From positions 64,001-128,000 of the forward strand of contig CBDBIJ010000015.1 of the NCBI GenBank assembly GCA_965205655.1: DNA of 64,000 nucleotides, written 5' to 3'. Shown here piece by piece: positions 31,195 to 39,500 of this stretch. This DNA is from Candidatus Latescibacterota bacterium. Lineage in GTDB: Bacteria > Latescibacterota > UBA2968 > UBA8231. A model generated the notes under the pieces. It worked only from the letters and a program-made list of their open reading frames with translations. It was not told the DNA's origin and did no database searches. Within the stretch, counting starts at the first letter, position 1. The number at the start of each line of letters is the position of its first letter. A program made the translations under genes and the position numbers.

Positions 31195-32160
31195 CTAGGC
31201 GGCGCGGTTTCGCCACCGAGTGGCCAGAAAAGCGTCGCCGATGATCTGCCCGAAGTGAAAGGTGATGCATGGGATGACGATAAGCTCCTTGGCGTAGCCG
31301 GCAAGCGCTTCCTCGGGCACGAGGGCGAGTACGGTCATCGCTACCGGCAGCGTCTTTTGGCTGGCCATCAGCACGACCGCTTTACGCGCCGCCGGAGCCA
31401 GGCACAGCAGACGGCTGGCTGCGGCGTTGATCAAGAGGTAGACCACGTGAATGGCGAGCCCGGCGACGAACAAGATGAGAAGGCTGACGATAGCGATCTG
31501 GGTCATCCTCTCAGACGATTCGGAGAATTTCATCCAAGGAATCGAAATGAGCGCCAGATTGCTGAGCGTCGTCAGGGTCGAACGGTTGCGGTCGATCCAC
31601 ACCTCGGCGAAGCGCCTGAGGTAGTAGCCCACCGCGAGCGGCAGCAGCATGATGAAACACATCTTCACCAGCAGCGCCGTTGCCGACAGCTCTACATGGC
31701 CGATGGCGCCCAGAAGATAGGCGAGGACGAACGGCACGGTGAAGATCCCGACCGTGTTCGTCGAAACGGTGAGCAGCAGCGCCAGTGCCACGTTGCCACG
31801 AGCCTGGCCGGTCAGGGCGACTCCCGACGTCAGCGTCGTCGGCATGCAGCAAAACAGGGCCAGCCCCAGCTGGAAGCTGGCATCGAGCGGGACCTGGAAG
31901 GCGAGCGCCGTGCCTACCACCGGGGTCAGGAAGAGGATGGAGAAACTGCCCCATGCCGTGGCGCGCCAGGCCGAGAACGCGGCCTCGATCTCCTCCGTGC
32001 GCAGCATGAGCCCGGAGATGACGAAGATGGCGGTAACGGCTACGTATTGGGTGGGCAGGCCGCCCATGTATCGGCCCGGCACTGGATAGGACAGCCCCAC
32101 CAGGGCCACCGTCAGCAACCCGAGCGGCAGGAACTGGCGCCTCAGAAAAGCGAGAATCAA
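31195..32160 (-). CDS. Bile acid:sodium symporter family (SBF-like)
   Basis: IFVISGL, CCMPTTLTSGVALT, SQKTLP, HFGQI. Confidence 0.9.
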   Translation of the reverse strand: MILAFLRRQFLPLGLLTVALVGLSYPVPGRYMGGLPTQYVAVTAIFVISGLMLRTEEIEAAFSAWRATAWGSFSILFLTPVVGTALAFQVPLDASFQLGLALFCCMPTTLTSGVALTGQARGNVALALLLTVSTNTVGIFTVPFVLAYLLGAIGHVELSATALLVKMCFIMLLPLAVGYYLRRFAEVWIDRNRSTLTTLSNLALISIPWMKFSESSERMTQIAIVSLLILFVAGLAIHVVYLLINAAASRLLCLAPAARKAVVLMASQKTLPVAMTVLALVPEEALAGYAKELIVIPCITFHFGQIIGDAFLATRWRNRAA

Positions 32161-32193
32161 GCGGATTGAACGACAGACGGCGCCGCTGGTCTT

Positions 32194-32751
32194 TCAGCCA
32201 TCTTCCACGGCCAAAAGCTCCGGTTGCGCGAAGCAGACATCGTCGCACAGCAGGCAGGCGTCGACATCACCGTCTTTGCACTCGAGGGCGTGGTCTCGCA
32301 GGGCCCTGCGAAAGGCATCGAGAAACTCGGCGGCAATGTCATCCCGGGAGAACAGAAAGCGGAGAAAGGCAACCAGTCGGCCGCGGGCATCGGAACTGAT
32401 GAGATGCTCGACCTTGCAGGCGTTGATTTCGGCGTCGTCCTCGTCCATCTCCAAGGCGTCCGAGAGGAATTTCTGCACCACGAGGCGAGTGGTTTCCGTC
32501 TCCCATACGACGCGCATACCCTTGTCGGTGAGCTCCAGGAACCTGTTGTGGTCCTCCTGGACGTAGCCGCGCTCCTTGAGGTGCTTCATGGCCGAGGAAA
32601 CACTGCCCTTTGTGATCTTCAGATACTGGGCGATATCCGACACGCGGGCGTACCCGTGCTCGCCGCGAAGCTCATGCACCGCCATCAGGTGGTGGGCGGC
32701 GCTGTGAGTGAGCTCGTTCTCCTCGTAGCTTTTCCAGACATCTTCGAACAT
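32194..32751 (-). CDS. DtxR/MntR-family metal-dependent transcriptional regulator
   Basis: ARVSDIA...ITKGSVSSAMKHL wHTH, LTDKG, ACKVEHLIS. Confidence 0.9.
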   Translation of the reverse strand: MFEDVWKSYEENELTHSAAHHLMAVHELRGEHGYARVSDIAQYLKITKGSVSSAMKHLKERGYVQEDHNRFLELTDKGMRVVWETETTRLVVQKFLSDALEMDEDDAEINACKVEHLISSDARGRLVAFLRFLFSRDDIAAEFLDAFRRALRDHALECKDGDVDACLLCDDVCFAQPELLAVEDG

Positions 32752-32775
32752 GGTTGTGAATATAATCTAACCGGT

Positions 32776-32860
32776 CGCGAGTTCAACCAGTCAACGCAAC
32801 ACCTTCGTCAACGCAACACCTTCATTGAAGCGTTCTGCGGGTGAAACGAACCCCAACGTC
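32776..32860 (-). mobile_element. 85-bp remnant (right end) of IS30 element B
   Basis: Identical to the reverse complement of 23178-23262, including the 17-bp duplication. Confidence 0.92.
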
Positions 32861-33720
32861 GTGCGCACATTCGGCCGCGTCTCCGAAAAGAAACCACCTC
32901 GTATTGACCGTTCCTGACCCCCCTCCGGACCCTTCGGATTGGTCGCCGGACTGTACTTGTAATAGGCCTCGTCGTAGTAGTCTTCACACCACTCGTAGAC
33001 GTTGCCGGACATATCCCACAAACCGTAGGGGCTTCGTCCGAGGGGAAACTCATCCACCGGCAGGGTCGCGCCCACGACGTTGTTCGAGTTACAGCGATCG
33101 TCGACGAAGCGGCTTCCCCATGGATAGAGACGTTCGTCGGTGCCTCGGGCCGCCTTCTCCCATTCCGATTCGGAGGGCATGCGTGCCCCCATCCACTCGG
33201 CATAGCCTTTGGCGTCGTGCCAGGACACATTGACGACCGGATGGCGGGCGAGCCCGGTGGGGTATGTGCCGCGCTGCCAGTGGACGGGCACCTTGTAGCC
33301 CGTGCAATTGACGAACTCCCGGTAATCCTGATTCGTCACCGGATAAGCGTCGATGTAATAGTTGGACAGGTGGACCGGGTGAGAGGGCCGCTCGTTGTCG
33401 GGCGAGTCGTCCTCACTGCCCCCCATGGCGAACGAGCCGGCCTCGATGTGGATCATGCGGCGTTTGTTCGCTTCGAGGAGGAGGTCTTCTCGGCGCTGCT
33501 CCAATTCTTCCATCTGCAGATCAAGATCTTCCGATCGACTCCTGATCTGTACGACGTCCTCCTGAACTTTCAGGTGCCGCTGTTCCATCTCACGGCGTCG
33601 CCCCTCCTGGTGATCGATCTGCTCCATCAGCTTCTCTGACGGCTTGTTGAAGTCGAGCAACAGCATGACGAAGTAGAGGCTAACGACGCAGGTCGCGATC
33701 CAGTAGACCCAGTCTCCCAT
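32791..33720 (-). CDS. TM + coiled-coil + FGE-sulfatase (SUMF1) domain protein; C-terminus replaced by the IS30 transposase tail
   Basis: FAMG, PVTNQDY, PVVNVSWHDA, PSESEWEKAARG, GNVYEW, RGG, then TLGFVSPAERFNEGVALTKVLR identical to the transposase end. Confidence 0.88.
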   Translation of the reverse strand: MGDWVYWIATCVVSLYFVMLLLDFNKPSEKLMEQIDHQEGRRREMEQRHLKVQEDVVQIRSRSEDLDLQMEELEQRREDLLLEANKRRMIHIEAGSFAMGGSEDDSPDNERPSHPVHLSNYYIDAYPVTNQDYREFVNCTGYKVPVHWQRGTYPTGLARHPVVNVSWHDAKGYAEWMGARMPSESEWEKAARGTDERLYPWGSRFVDDRCNSNNVVGATLPVDEFPLGRSPYGLWDMSGNVYEWCEDYYDEAYYKYSPATNPKGPEGGQERSIRGGFFSETRPNVRTTLGFVSPAERFNEGVALTKVLR

Positions 33721-34019
33721 TTCAACCTCCTGTATTGATCGCGAGGCGCTTACTCACGACGCCTGCATGGGGATCAGTTCGACGCAGCGATTCGATCGGG
33801 GATCGACACGGCTCAGATTCGTATGCAAGGGAACTGGAGCTGGGGGTAGCGCCGATGTCGCACAAACCCGCGGGTCCGGTAACGATACTCACGCTGGGTT
33901 GGATCGGCAAGTCGGCCGGCCGAGGAAGGGCGACTTGTTAGGTAGGCCAAGTCGTTTTATTTTCTCACGGTTACGCGAGAACAAGACCCTCTGTCAAATC
34001 GATCCGGAGTCGAATCTAT

Positions 34020-35087
34020 ATGCCTCGCTTCAAGTGCGATGTCCTTCACGCTATTGGCTGCTCGTTGTTCGAAGCGGCCGGCGCCTCGGCGGCAGACGCA
34101 GCCACCGTCGTCGACCACCTTGTGGAGTCGTGTCTATTCGGTCACGACGCACACGGCACGCTGCGATATTACGAATACGTCGAGAAGATTCTGGAGGGAA
34201 AATTTGATCCGAAGGGGCAACCTCGCGTCGTACACGAGAAGGGGTGCACGGCCGTCGTCGATGGGGGAGGTGGGTTTGGTCAGGTCGGAGGCCGTCTGGC
34301 GATCGATCTGGCAATGGCCAAGGCGCGCGAGCACGGCGTCGCCGCCGTCGCCCTGAGAAACGCCGGCCATGTCGGACGGGCGGGCGCTTATCCGCTGGCG
34401 GCGGCTCAGCAGGGCTTCATCGGTCTCGCCTTCGTCAACGCCGGTCGCATGGGACGGCAGATCGCCCCTTTCGGGGGCATCGACGGAAAGCTCAGCACGA
34501 ATCCTCTCGCCTTCGCCGCGCCGCGAGCTCATTCGGAGCCCATCGTCGTGGACATGACCACCTCCGTCGTTGCCGAGGGCAAGATCCGCATGGCGCGCAA
34601 CAAGGGTGAAGGTGTGCCGGAGGGGTGGATCATCGATCACGCCGGCCGACCGACGACGGATCCGGAGGATTATCTCGGTGACCCGCCCGGTGCCATGCTG
34701 CCACTCGGCGGCACAGTGGGATACAAGGGGTACGGGCTCGGTCTCGTGGTGGAGCTATTGGGAGGGCTTCTCAGTGGGGAGGGATGTGCTTCTGGGGAGC
34801 GGAGCTTCAAGAGCAATGGCGTCATGTTTACCGTCTACGAGCCGACGTTCTTCGCCGATGAGGCCGTCTACGAACGCGAGATCGAGGGACTCATCACCCA
34901 CGTCATGTCGAGCCGCGTCGACGCCAGCGTCAACGAGATTCTCCTTCCGGGGCAACTCGAGTTCCGCACTGCCGAAAAACGGCGCCGCGAGGGCATCGCC
35001 GTCGACGACGGTACCTGGGGACGGATCTGCGATGCTGCACGCCAGGTCGGTCTGGATCCTCTCGAGTGGGAAGCTCAATCAATGTGA
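34020..35087 (+). CDS. Ldh_2 family (malate/L-lactate/L-sulfolactate-type) oxidoreductase
   Basis: GHDAHG, HVGRAGAY, TNPLAF, DMTTS, GYKGYGL. Confidence 0.92.
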   Translation: MPRFKCDVLHAIGCSLFEAAGASAADAATVVDHLVESCLFGHDAHGTLRYYEYVEKILEGKFDPKGQPRVVHEKGCTAVVDGGGGFGQVGGRLAIDLAMAKAREHGVAAVALRNAGHVGRAGAYPLAAAQQGFIGLAFVNAGRMGRQIAPFGGIDGKLSTNPLAFAAPRAHSEPIVVDMTTSVVAEGKIRMARNKGEGVPEGWIIDHAGRPTTDPEDYLGDPPGAMLPLGGTVGYKGYGLGLVVELLGGLLSGEGCASGERSFKSNGVMFTVYEPTFFADEAVYEREIEGLITHVMSSRVDASVNEILLPGQLEFRTAEKRRREGIAVDDGTWGRICDAARQVGLDPLEWEAQSM

Positions 35088-35333
35088 TCGATACCGTGAA
35101 GAGCGCTTGAATGGTCTTCCACCTCGCCCCGACCGCGCCGACTCGGCCAGGCCCGGTGCCGCCCGGCTGCCTATGACCGACGCCGGTGATATTGGCGCCT
35201 ACCGCCAGCCGGACGAGCGACCCAACAGCGGTCTACGCGAGGAGCGCGCCGTCATCCGCCGCACCGCCGAACTTCTGCTGTCGGAATTGATGGCGGGCTA
35301 GGGCTGCCTGGGCGCTGCACCCGTCCTGGCACG

Positions 35334-35360
35334 AAAAAGGCCAGGCGCTGAGGCCTGGCC
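35334..35360 (-). terminator. Rho-independent terminator
   Basis: GGCCAGGC/GCCTGGCC 8-bp stem with 6-nt loop, followed by TTTTT on the minus strand. Confidence 0.65.
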
Positions 35361-35385
35361 GAAAAACTCTGTCTTTTCGAAGCGG

Positions 35386-35703
35386 CTACTCCTCGTGCTC
35401 CGTTTCAGCTTCCTCCTCTGTTTTCACCGCGCCGAACGACTCGAGCATCTCGCCGAGTTGGGTGCAGCCCTTTTCGATCTCGTTGCAGCGGCGATCTGCG
35501 CGCATGATGGCATCGCCGATCTGGGCGACCATGAGTTCGATTTCGTCCCGGCGCTCCGACAGCCGTTTCTCTTCGGATCTGAGGGCCAGCACCTCGCTCC
35601 GGAGCCGGCTCAGACGAAACTGCGTCTGGTCGCGCACAATCAGGCAGACGATGATCAACACGACGCCGGCGATGAGCAGTGTTACGAAAAAAGAATCGAA
35701 CAT
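35386..35703 (-). CDS. Small TM-anchored coiled-coil protein
   Basis: N-terminal hydrophobic helix followed by heptad-rich sequence. Confidence 0.7.
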   Translation of the reverse strand: MFDSFFVTLLIAGVVLIIVCLIVRDQTQFRLSRLRSEVLALRSEEKRLSERRDEIELMVAQIGDAIMRADRRCNEIEKGCTQLGEMLESFGAVKTEEEAETEHEE

Positions 35704-35714
35704 CTTGCGCCCGA

Positions 35715-36248
35715 TCAATTGCCTGTCGCGGGGCCCATCCCACGGCGGAGCTTTCCCTCCAGTAGCGCCATCGTGCGCTTCACCACTTCGACGTCCCTCT
35801 CGAGGCTGCTCCTGTGCCCCTCCACCTCTTCCAGCAGATCCCGGGCCTTGTTGACCGCCTCTTCTGGTCCATCTTCCTCCGCCACTTTTCCATCGCTGTT
35901 GCCGCTGCTCTTGTCCAGAAAGTCCTCCTCTTCCTCCTTCGGGGCGTTGGGATCGTAGTCCTCCCCGAACAGCTCGGTCTCCACGGCGGTCAGGCCTTTG
36001 CCCAAACCGGTGAGCTGGTTTGCGAAGGCCGGCATCTCCATCTCCAATTCATCGAGGCGTCCCTGGGCGGCGCCTTCGATCTTTTCAACCGCCTCCTGCA
36101 TGGCCTTCTGGTGGGCGCGGATGCGGCGTCGGATCGGAACCTGCAACGCGCGCAGCTCGTCAGACTTCTTCTGGTAACTCAACAGCAGCTCGGCGAGCAC
36201 GGCGATGAGGCCGACGACGACGATGGCGATGGCGATAATCCAGATCAT
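35715..36248 (-). CDS. TM-anchored coiled-coil protein with acidic linker
   Basis: MIWIIAIAIVVVGLIAVL anchor; two coiled segments separated by an E/D-rich loop. Confidence 0.75.
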   Translation of the reverse strand: MIWIIAIAIVVVGLIAVLAELLLSYQKKSDELRALQVPIRRRIRAHQKAMQEAVEKIEGAAQGRLDELEMEMPAFANQLTGLGKGLTAVETELFGEDYDPNAPKEEEEDFLDKSSGNSDGKVAEEDGPEEAVNKARDLLEEVEGHRSSLERDVEVVKRTMALLEGKLRRGMGPATGN

Positions 36249-36417
36249 GCGGAAAACGAACCTTGTTCGCGCGGATTTCGGGGAAGAGAGATACAGTATT
36301 CCAGCGGTTACGCGCGGTCAAGCGAGCCACAAAACCGAGCCATTACCTCTATGATGCATACGAAATAGCCTCCATGAGCGCATCAGTAGTATTGCGGATT
36401 TTTCAATTGGACGAATG

Positions 36418-36516
36418 TGGCGGGAACGTGTGGGAATCGAACCCACCCAGCGCCGCTGTCGCGACACCGCAACGGATTTGAAGTCCGCGGAGGCCACCAG
36501 GCGCTCATCCGCTCCC
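36418..36516 (-). tRNA. selC: tRNA-Sec (anticodon UCA)
   Basis: GGGAGCGG...GCGGA-CTTCAAA-TCCGT, long variable arm, GGTTCGATTCC, ...TTCCCGCCA; 99 nt. Confidence 0.93.
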
Positions 36517-37485
36517 GTCCGTCTCTGCCGATGGCAGTTTGCGGTACGAAGGCTGCCGCGAGTCCCGGGAACCCGGCCTGCCCTGCGCGAACAACGCCTT
36601 CGAGGGCGGCTCCGGGTAGATGAGAGGTAGGTCCCAGCGCAGTCGCCGCACCTGTTCGCCCCCGAACCCCTCGATGCTGAGCTCGATATACTTCGTTTCC
36701 GAGCCCACGATTGGGGTGACACGGTCCGCCTTTCTGTTCGGAAAAAAGAGACGGACGATCTCGGTGCCGTCGAGAAACTCGCCCCGAGGACGATCGAAGC
36801 GGTACGGATAGGGCCCATCGGTACCGCTTGGCCGGTAACGGTCGCCGTTATCGTCCACCAGAAAGACGCGGTCGCCGATGTCGGAGAGCCGTGGTCTGAG
36901 CTCTGACTCGGTGTTGTCGAAATAAATGTTGAACACCAGTCGACTGAACAGGGTACTGCCCCAGCGCTCGTCGTATGTGTGACGCAGGAGCGGAAACTTG
37001 AGGTCGTAGATCTTGTCGACGAGGCGTCGCACGTACTCGCCACGCCAGGCGTCGAACCTCCCCTTCTCGATCGGGTTGGTGGGGTCGAAATCTGAATCGA
37101 CGTAGACGAGGTACTGGTAATAAAGGTTGTTGATGTCGGTGCCGTCCTCGACCGGGTACCCGCCGTCCAGGAACATGTACACGAACTCGCGAAGGCAGCT
37201 CTCCAGCTGAGATTGGTCCAGCCCATCCTGCTCTGCGCCGGCGTAGAGTCGGGAGATCTCGTAGGCGAAGGTTCGGAGCGTGGCCTGGACAAAAATCCCG
37301 TCTCTGCCTCGATGACTCCGATTGGTCGTACGCCAGGACTGGTGCTCGATCACCGTGAAGGGACCGGGCGGTTCGACCGCGCTGCATCCGAACAAGAGAA
37401 CGCAGGCGCACCCGATGCGGGCGCATCTGGCGATGCGGGTCAATCTCTGGCTGCGGTGGCGGAGGCCCGGCGACGGCAGCATATG
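36505..37485 (-). CDS. Hypothetical lipoprotein
   Basis: Lipobox-like VLLFGC and protein-like composition; start uncertain; stop lies inside selC. Confidence 0.7.
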   Translation of the reverse strand, partial: HMLPSPGLRHRSQRLTRIARCARIGCACVLLFGCSAVEPPGPFTVIEHQSWRTTNRSHRGRDGIFVQATLRTFAYEISRLYAGAEQDGLDQSQLESCLREFVYMFLDGGYPVEDGTDINNLYYQYLVYVDSDFDPTNPIEKGRFDAWRGEYVRRLVDKIYDLKFPLLRHTYDERWGSTLFSRLVFNIYFDNTESELRPRLSDIGDRVFLVDDNGDRYRPSGTDGPYPYRFDRPRGEFLDGTEIVRLFFPNRKADRVTPIVGSETKYIELSIEGFGGEQVRRLRWDLPLIYPEPPSKALFAQGRPGSRDSRQPSYRKLPSAETDGSG

Positions 37486-37540
37486 AGCCATACCTCTTGC
37501 CGGCTCCTGGAAAGTGCCGCGACTCCAAGGCACGGCACTC

Positions 37541-37984
37541 CTACCCTTTGACGACCCAGACTTTCAGCGTCGTCGTCACATCGACGTGGAGTCGAACCGT
37601 CACATTGTAGACGCCGAGCGCCCTGATCGGCTCGTCGAGCTCGATCTCGCGTCGATCTATCTCATGCCCCTGATCTCGCAGCAACTCGGCGATACTTTGC
37701 GCCGTTACCGACCCGTACAGACGGTCTCCTTCGCCAACCCTCACCTGTGCCGTCAGGGATGTCTTCGCCAGATGTTCGGCGAGGCTCTCGGCAGAACGCT
37801 GTTCGCGATCGGCGGCCGCTTCGTGTTGTCGGCGCCTGGTCTCGAACTGGGCCACGTTGGCGTCTGTCGCCATGAGCGCCTGGCTGTGCGGGATTAAGAA
37901 GTTTCGAGCGTATCCGTCGGCAACCTGAACGATGTCCCCGGCTTGTCCGACCCGCTCCACGTCTCTCAACAGAATTACTTTCAC
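37541..37984 (-). CDS. rplI: 50S ribosomal protein L9
   Basis: MKVILL..V..VG..GDIVQVADGYARNFLIP, LYGSVT, PIRALG. Confidence 0.97.
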   Translation of the reverse strand: MKVILLRDVERVGQAGDIVQVADGYARNFLIPHSQALMATDANVAQFETRRRQHEAAADREQRSAESLAEHLAKTSLTAQVRVGEGDRLYGSVTAQSIAELLRDQGHEIDRREIELDEPIRALGVYNVTVRLHVDVTTTLKVWVVKG

Positions 37985-38811
37985 TGCGAGTCACCTCCTG
38001 AAGGTTCGGCGCGATGAGCGAGTCGGCGCCAGTCGAACCAGGTGTCCATGAGACCGACTCCCACCAGCAGCAGTGGCGCCGTGGCGAGAAGGACGGTGTA
38101 GAATAGCACCTCCACCAGCCTGCTTATTCCCATACGCCACACGGCGTAGCGCGCCACTGACACTCCCTGCGCAGCATACAGAATGAGCATCACGGTCAGC
38201 AGGTTGAGGGCGAAATCCTCGACCGTGCCGCTGCCGATGAGCCACAGTCCCATGCCACCGATGAGCACCCATATGAGCTGGTCCCAAAGGCGCCACGTCC
38301 GCATGAGTGGCGCTGGCGGGACCGAAAGCCCGGTGCGTTCGGCGACGAACTGGCTGAGGCGGTACGACAGCACCGCCGCGAGTAGAATCGACACGAAGCT
38401 GAACCCGGGCAGCAGGCGCACAGCCGTGAACATGAACACGCGAATGGCCTCTATATCCTGCGGCGACTGGACCCCCTCCAGTTGTGACAGTGCCTGATTC
38501 AGTGCGTCCTGATTTTGGACCCACTCGTCTATGTAGGACATGAGCATGAGTCCGAGGACGAGTCCCGGGGCTGAGGCAGCAGCAATCACCTGCCCGTATG
38601 ACCGCTGTCGCTCTACCTGAACCGCGGCGATGAGCCCTACGAGCGGTGCCATCGCGAAGAAAGAGGCGGGCTCGGCGTCGATGACGCCGAGCAGCGCGGC
38701 CGCGAGAGGAAGGGCCGCCACGGGCGTGACATTCCGCGATCCGAACCTGCGGCACGCTAGCAGGACACCGGTGGGAAGAGCTATGGTCTCGAATAGCGCG
38801 AGCAGTGCCAT
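37981..38811 (-). CDS. DUF2232 (YybS-like) membrane protein
   Basis: Multi-TM, WRLWDQLIW, QGVSV, GLMDTWFDWR; usual position upstream of rplI. Confidence 0.85.
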   Translation of the reverse strand: MALLALFETIALPTGVLLACRRFGSRNVTPVAALPLAAALLGVIDAEPASFFAMAPLVGLIAAVQVERQRSYGQVIAAASAPGLVLGLMLMSYIDEWVQNQDALNQALSQLEGVQSPQDIEAIRVFMFTAVRLLPGFSFVSILLAAVLSYRLSQFVAERTGLSVPPAPLMRTWRLWDQLIWVLIGGMGLWLIGSGTVEDFALNLLTVMLILYAAQGVSVARYAVWRMGISRLVEVLFYTVLLATAPLLLVGVGLMDTWFDWRRLAHRAEPSGGDSQ

Positions 38812-38887
38812 CGAAATCTGAACGGACGAAGCGTATCTTCCGTTCGAGCATCATCACCGCAGGCTGGACATCCCGAAAGGCTCAAGG

Positions 38888-39481
38888 CTATCCCTCGGAG
38901 GCCTCCTCCTCGGCTTGAGCCACGGGTTCGGCGTCTTTGCCCGCTTGGGCATCGTCCGGCGCCGGCGCGTCCGTTGCTGGCGCGTCCCCTGGAGGCGCAT
39001 CCGTTGCGGCGGGCGTCGGCTCTTCGCCATCGGCGCGACCAGCGGGCCGCGACGCGGTGCTTCGGCCCCCCGAGCGCTGGTCGTGCCGCTCAAACCGACC
39101 GCGGCCCCGCCCTCTGAAATGGCGATCGTCGCGAGTGTGGATGTAGACGGTGTCGGACTCCAGCTGCGGCACGCGCATGAATTCACCGTCGACGGCCACG
39201 AGCAGATGCCGCAAGACGCTCTCGTCGAGCATGAGCTCCCGCTGCAGATCGTCGAAGGCTCCCACCGGAGCAGTAAACTGGTAGAGCACGTAGTAGGCCT
39301 GTTGTCGCCGTTTCATACTCACGGAGGTGTAGGCGAGCTTTCGCAGTCCCCAGCGATCGATGTTGACCACCTCGGCGCCAGTATCGGCCAGCCGCCCTTC
39401 GAGCTTGGTCACCATCGATTCGAAGCCTTCGTCTTCCAGCTGTGAGTCAAGCACACAGACCAGTTCGTATTTCTTCACCAT
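38888..39481 (-). CDS. rpsF: 30S ribosomal protein S6 with long C-terminal extension
   Basis: KKYELVCVL, WGLRKLAY, YYVL, DESVLRHL. Confidence 0.93.
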   Translation of the reverse strand: MVKKYELVCVLDSQLEDEGFESMVTKLEGRLADTGAEVVNIDRWGLRKLAYTSVSMKRRQQAYYVLYQFTAPVGAFDDLQRELMLDESVLRHLLVAVDGEFMRVPQLESDTVYIHTRDDRHFRGRGRGRFERHDQRSGGRSTASRPAGRADGEEPTPAATDAPPGDAPATDAPAPDDAQAGKDAEPVAQAEEEASEG

Positions 39482-39500
39482 ACGCCTTCTCCTTCAGAGC

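Noticed and set aside
32158..32196. mntR UGA stop is in frame with the downstream symporter (possible Sec read-through fusion)
   Set aside because: A one-in-three chance event, no convincing SECIS hairpin, and the UGA is not at a Cys-equivalent position.
23263..32775. Composite transposon or inversion between the two IS B ends
   Set aside because: The HDOD frame continues normally after the first IS, and both ends point inward, so the segment is not bracketed as cargo.
35090..35301. Possible small ORF or gene remnant after the Ldh_2 gene
   Set aside because: No clear start, RBS or recognisable motif.
35386..36417. Genomic island integrated at selC
   Set aside because: No integrase and no duplicated tRNA 3' end seen downstream.
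38812..38887. Residual rpsR between rpsF and DUF2232
   Set aside because: Only 76 bp, and no S18 motifs (DYK, RAR) in any frame.
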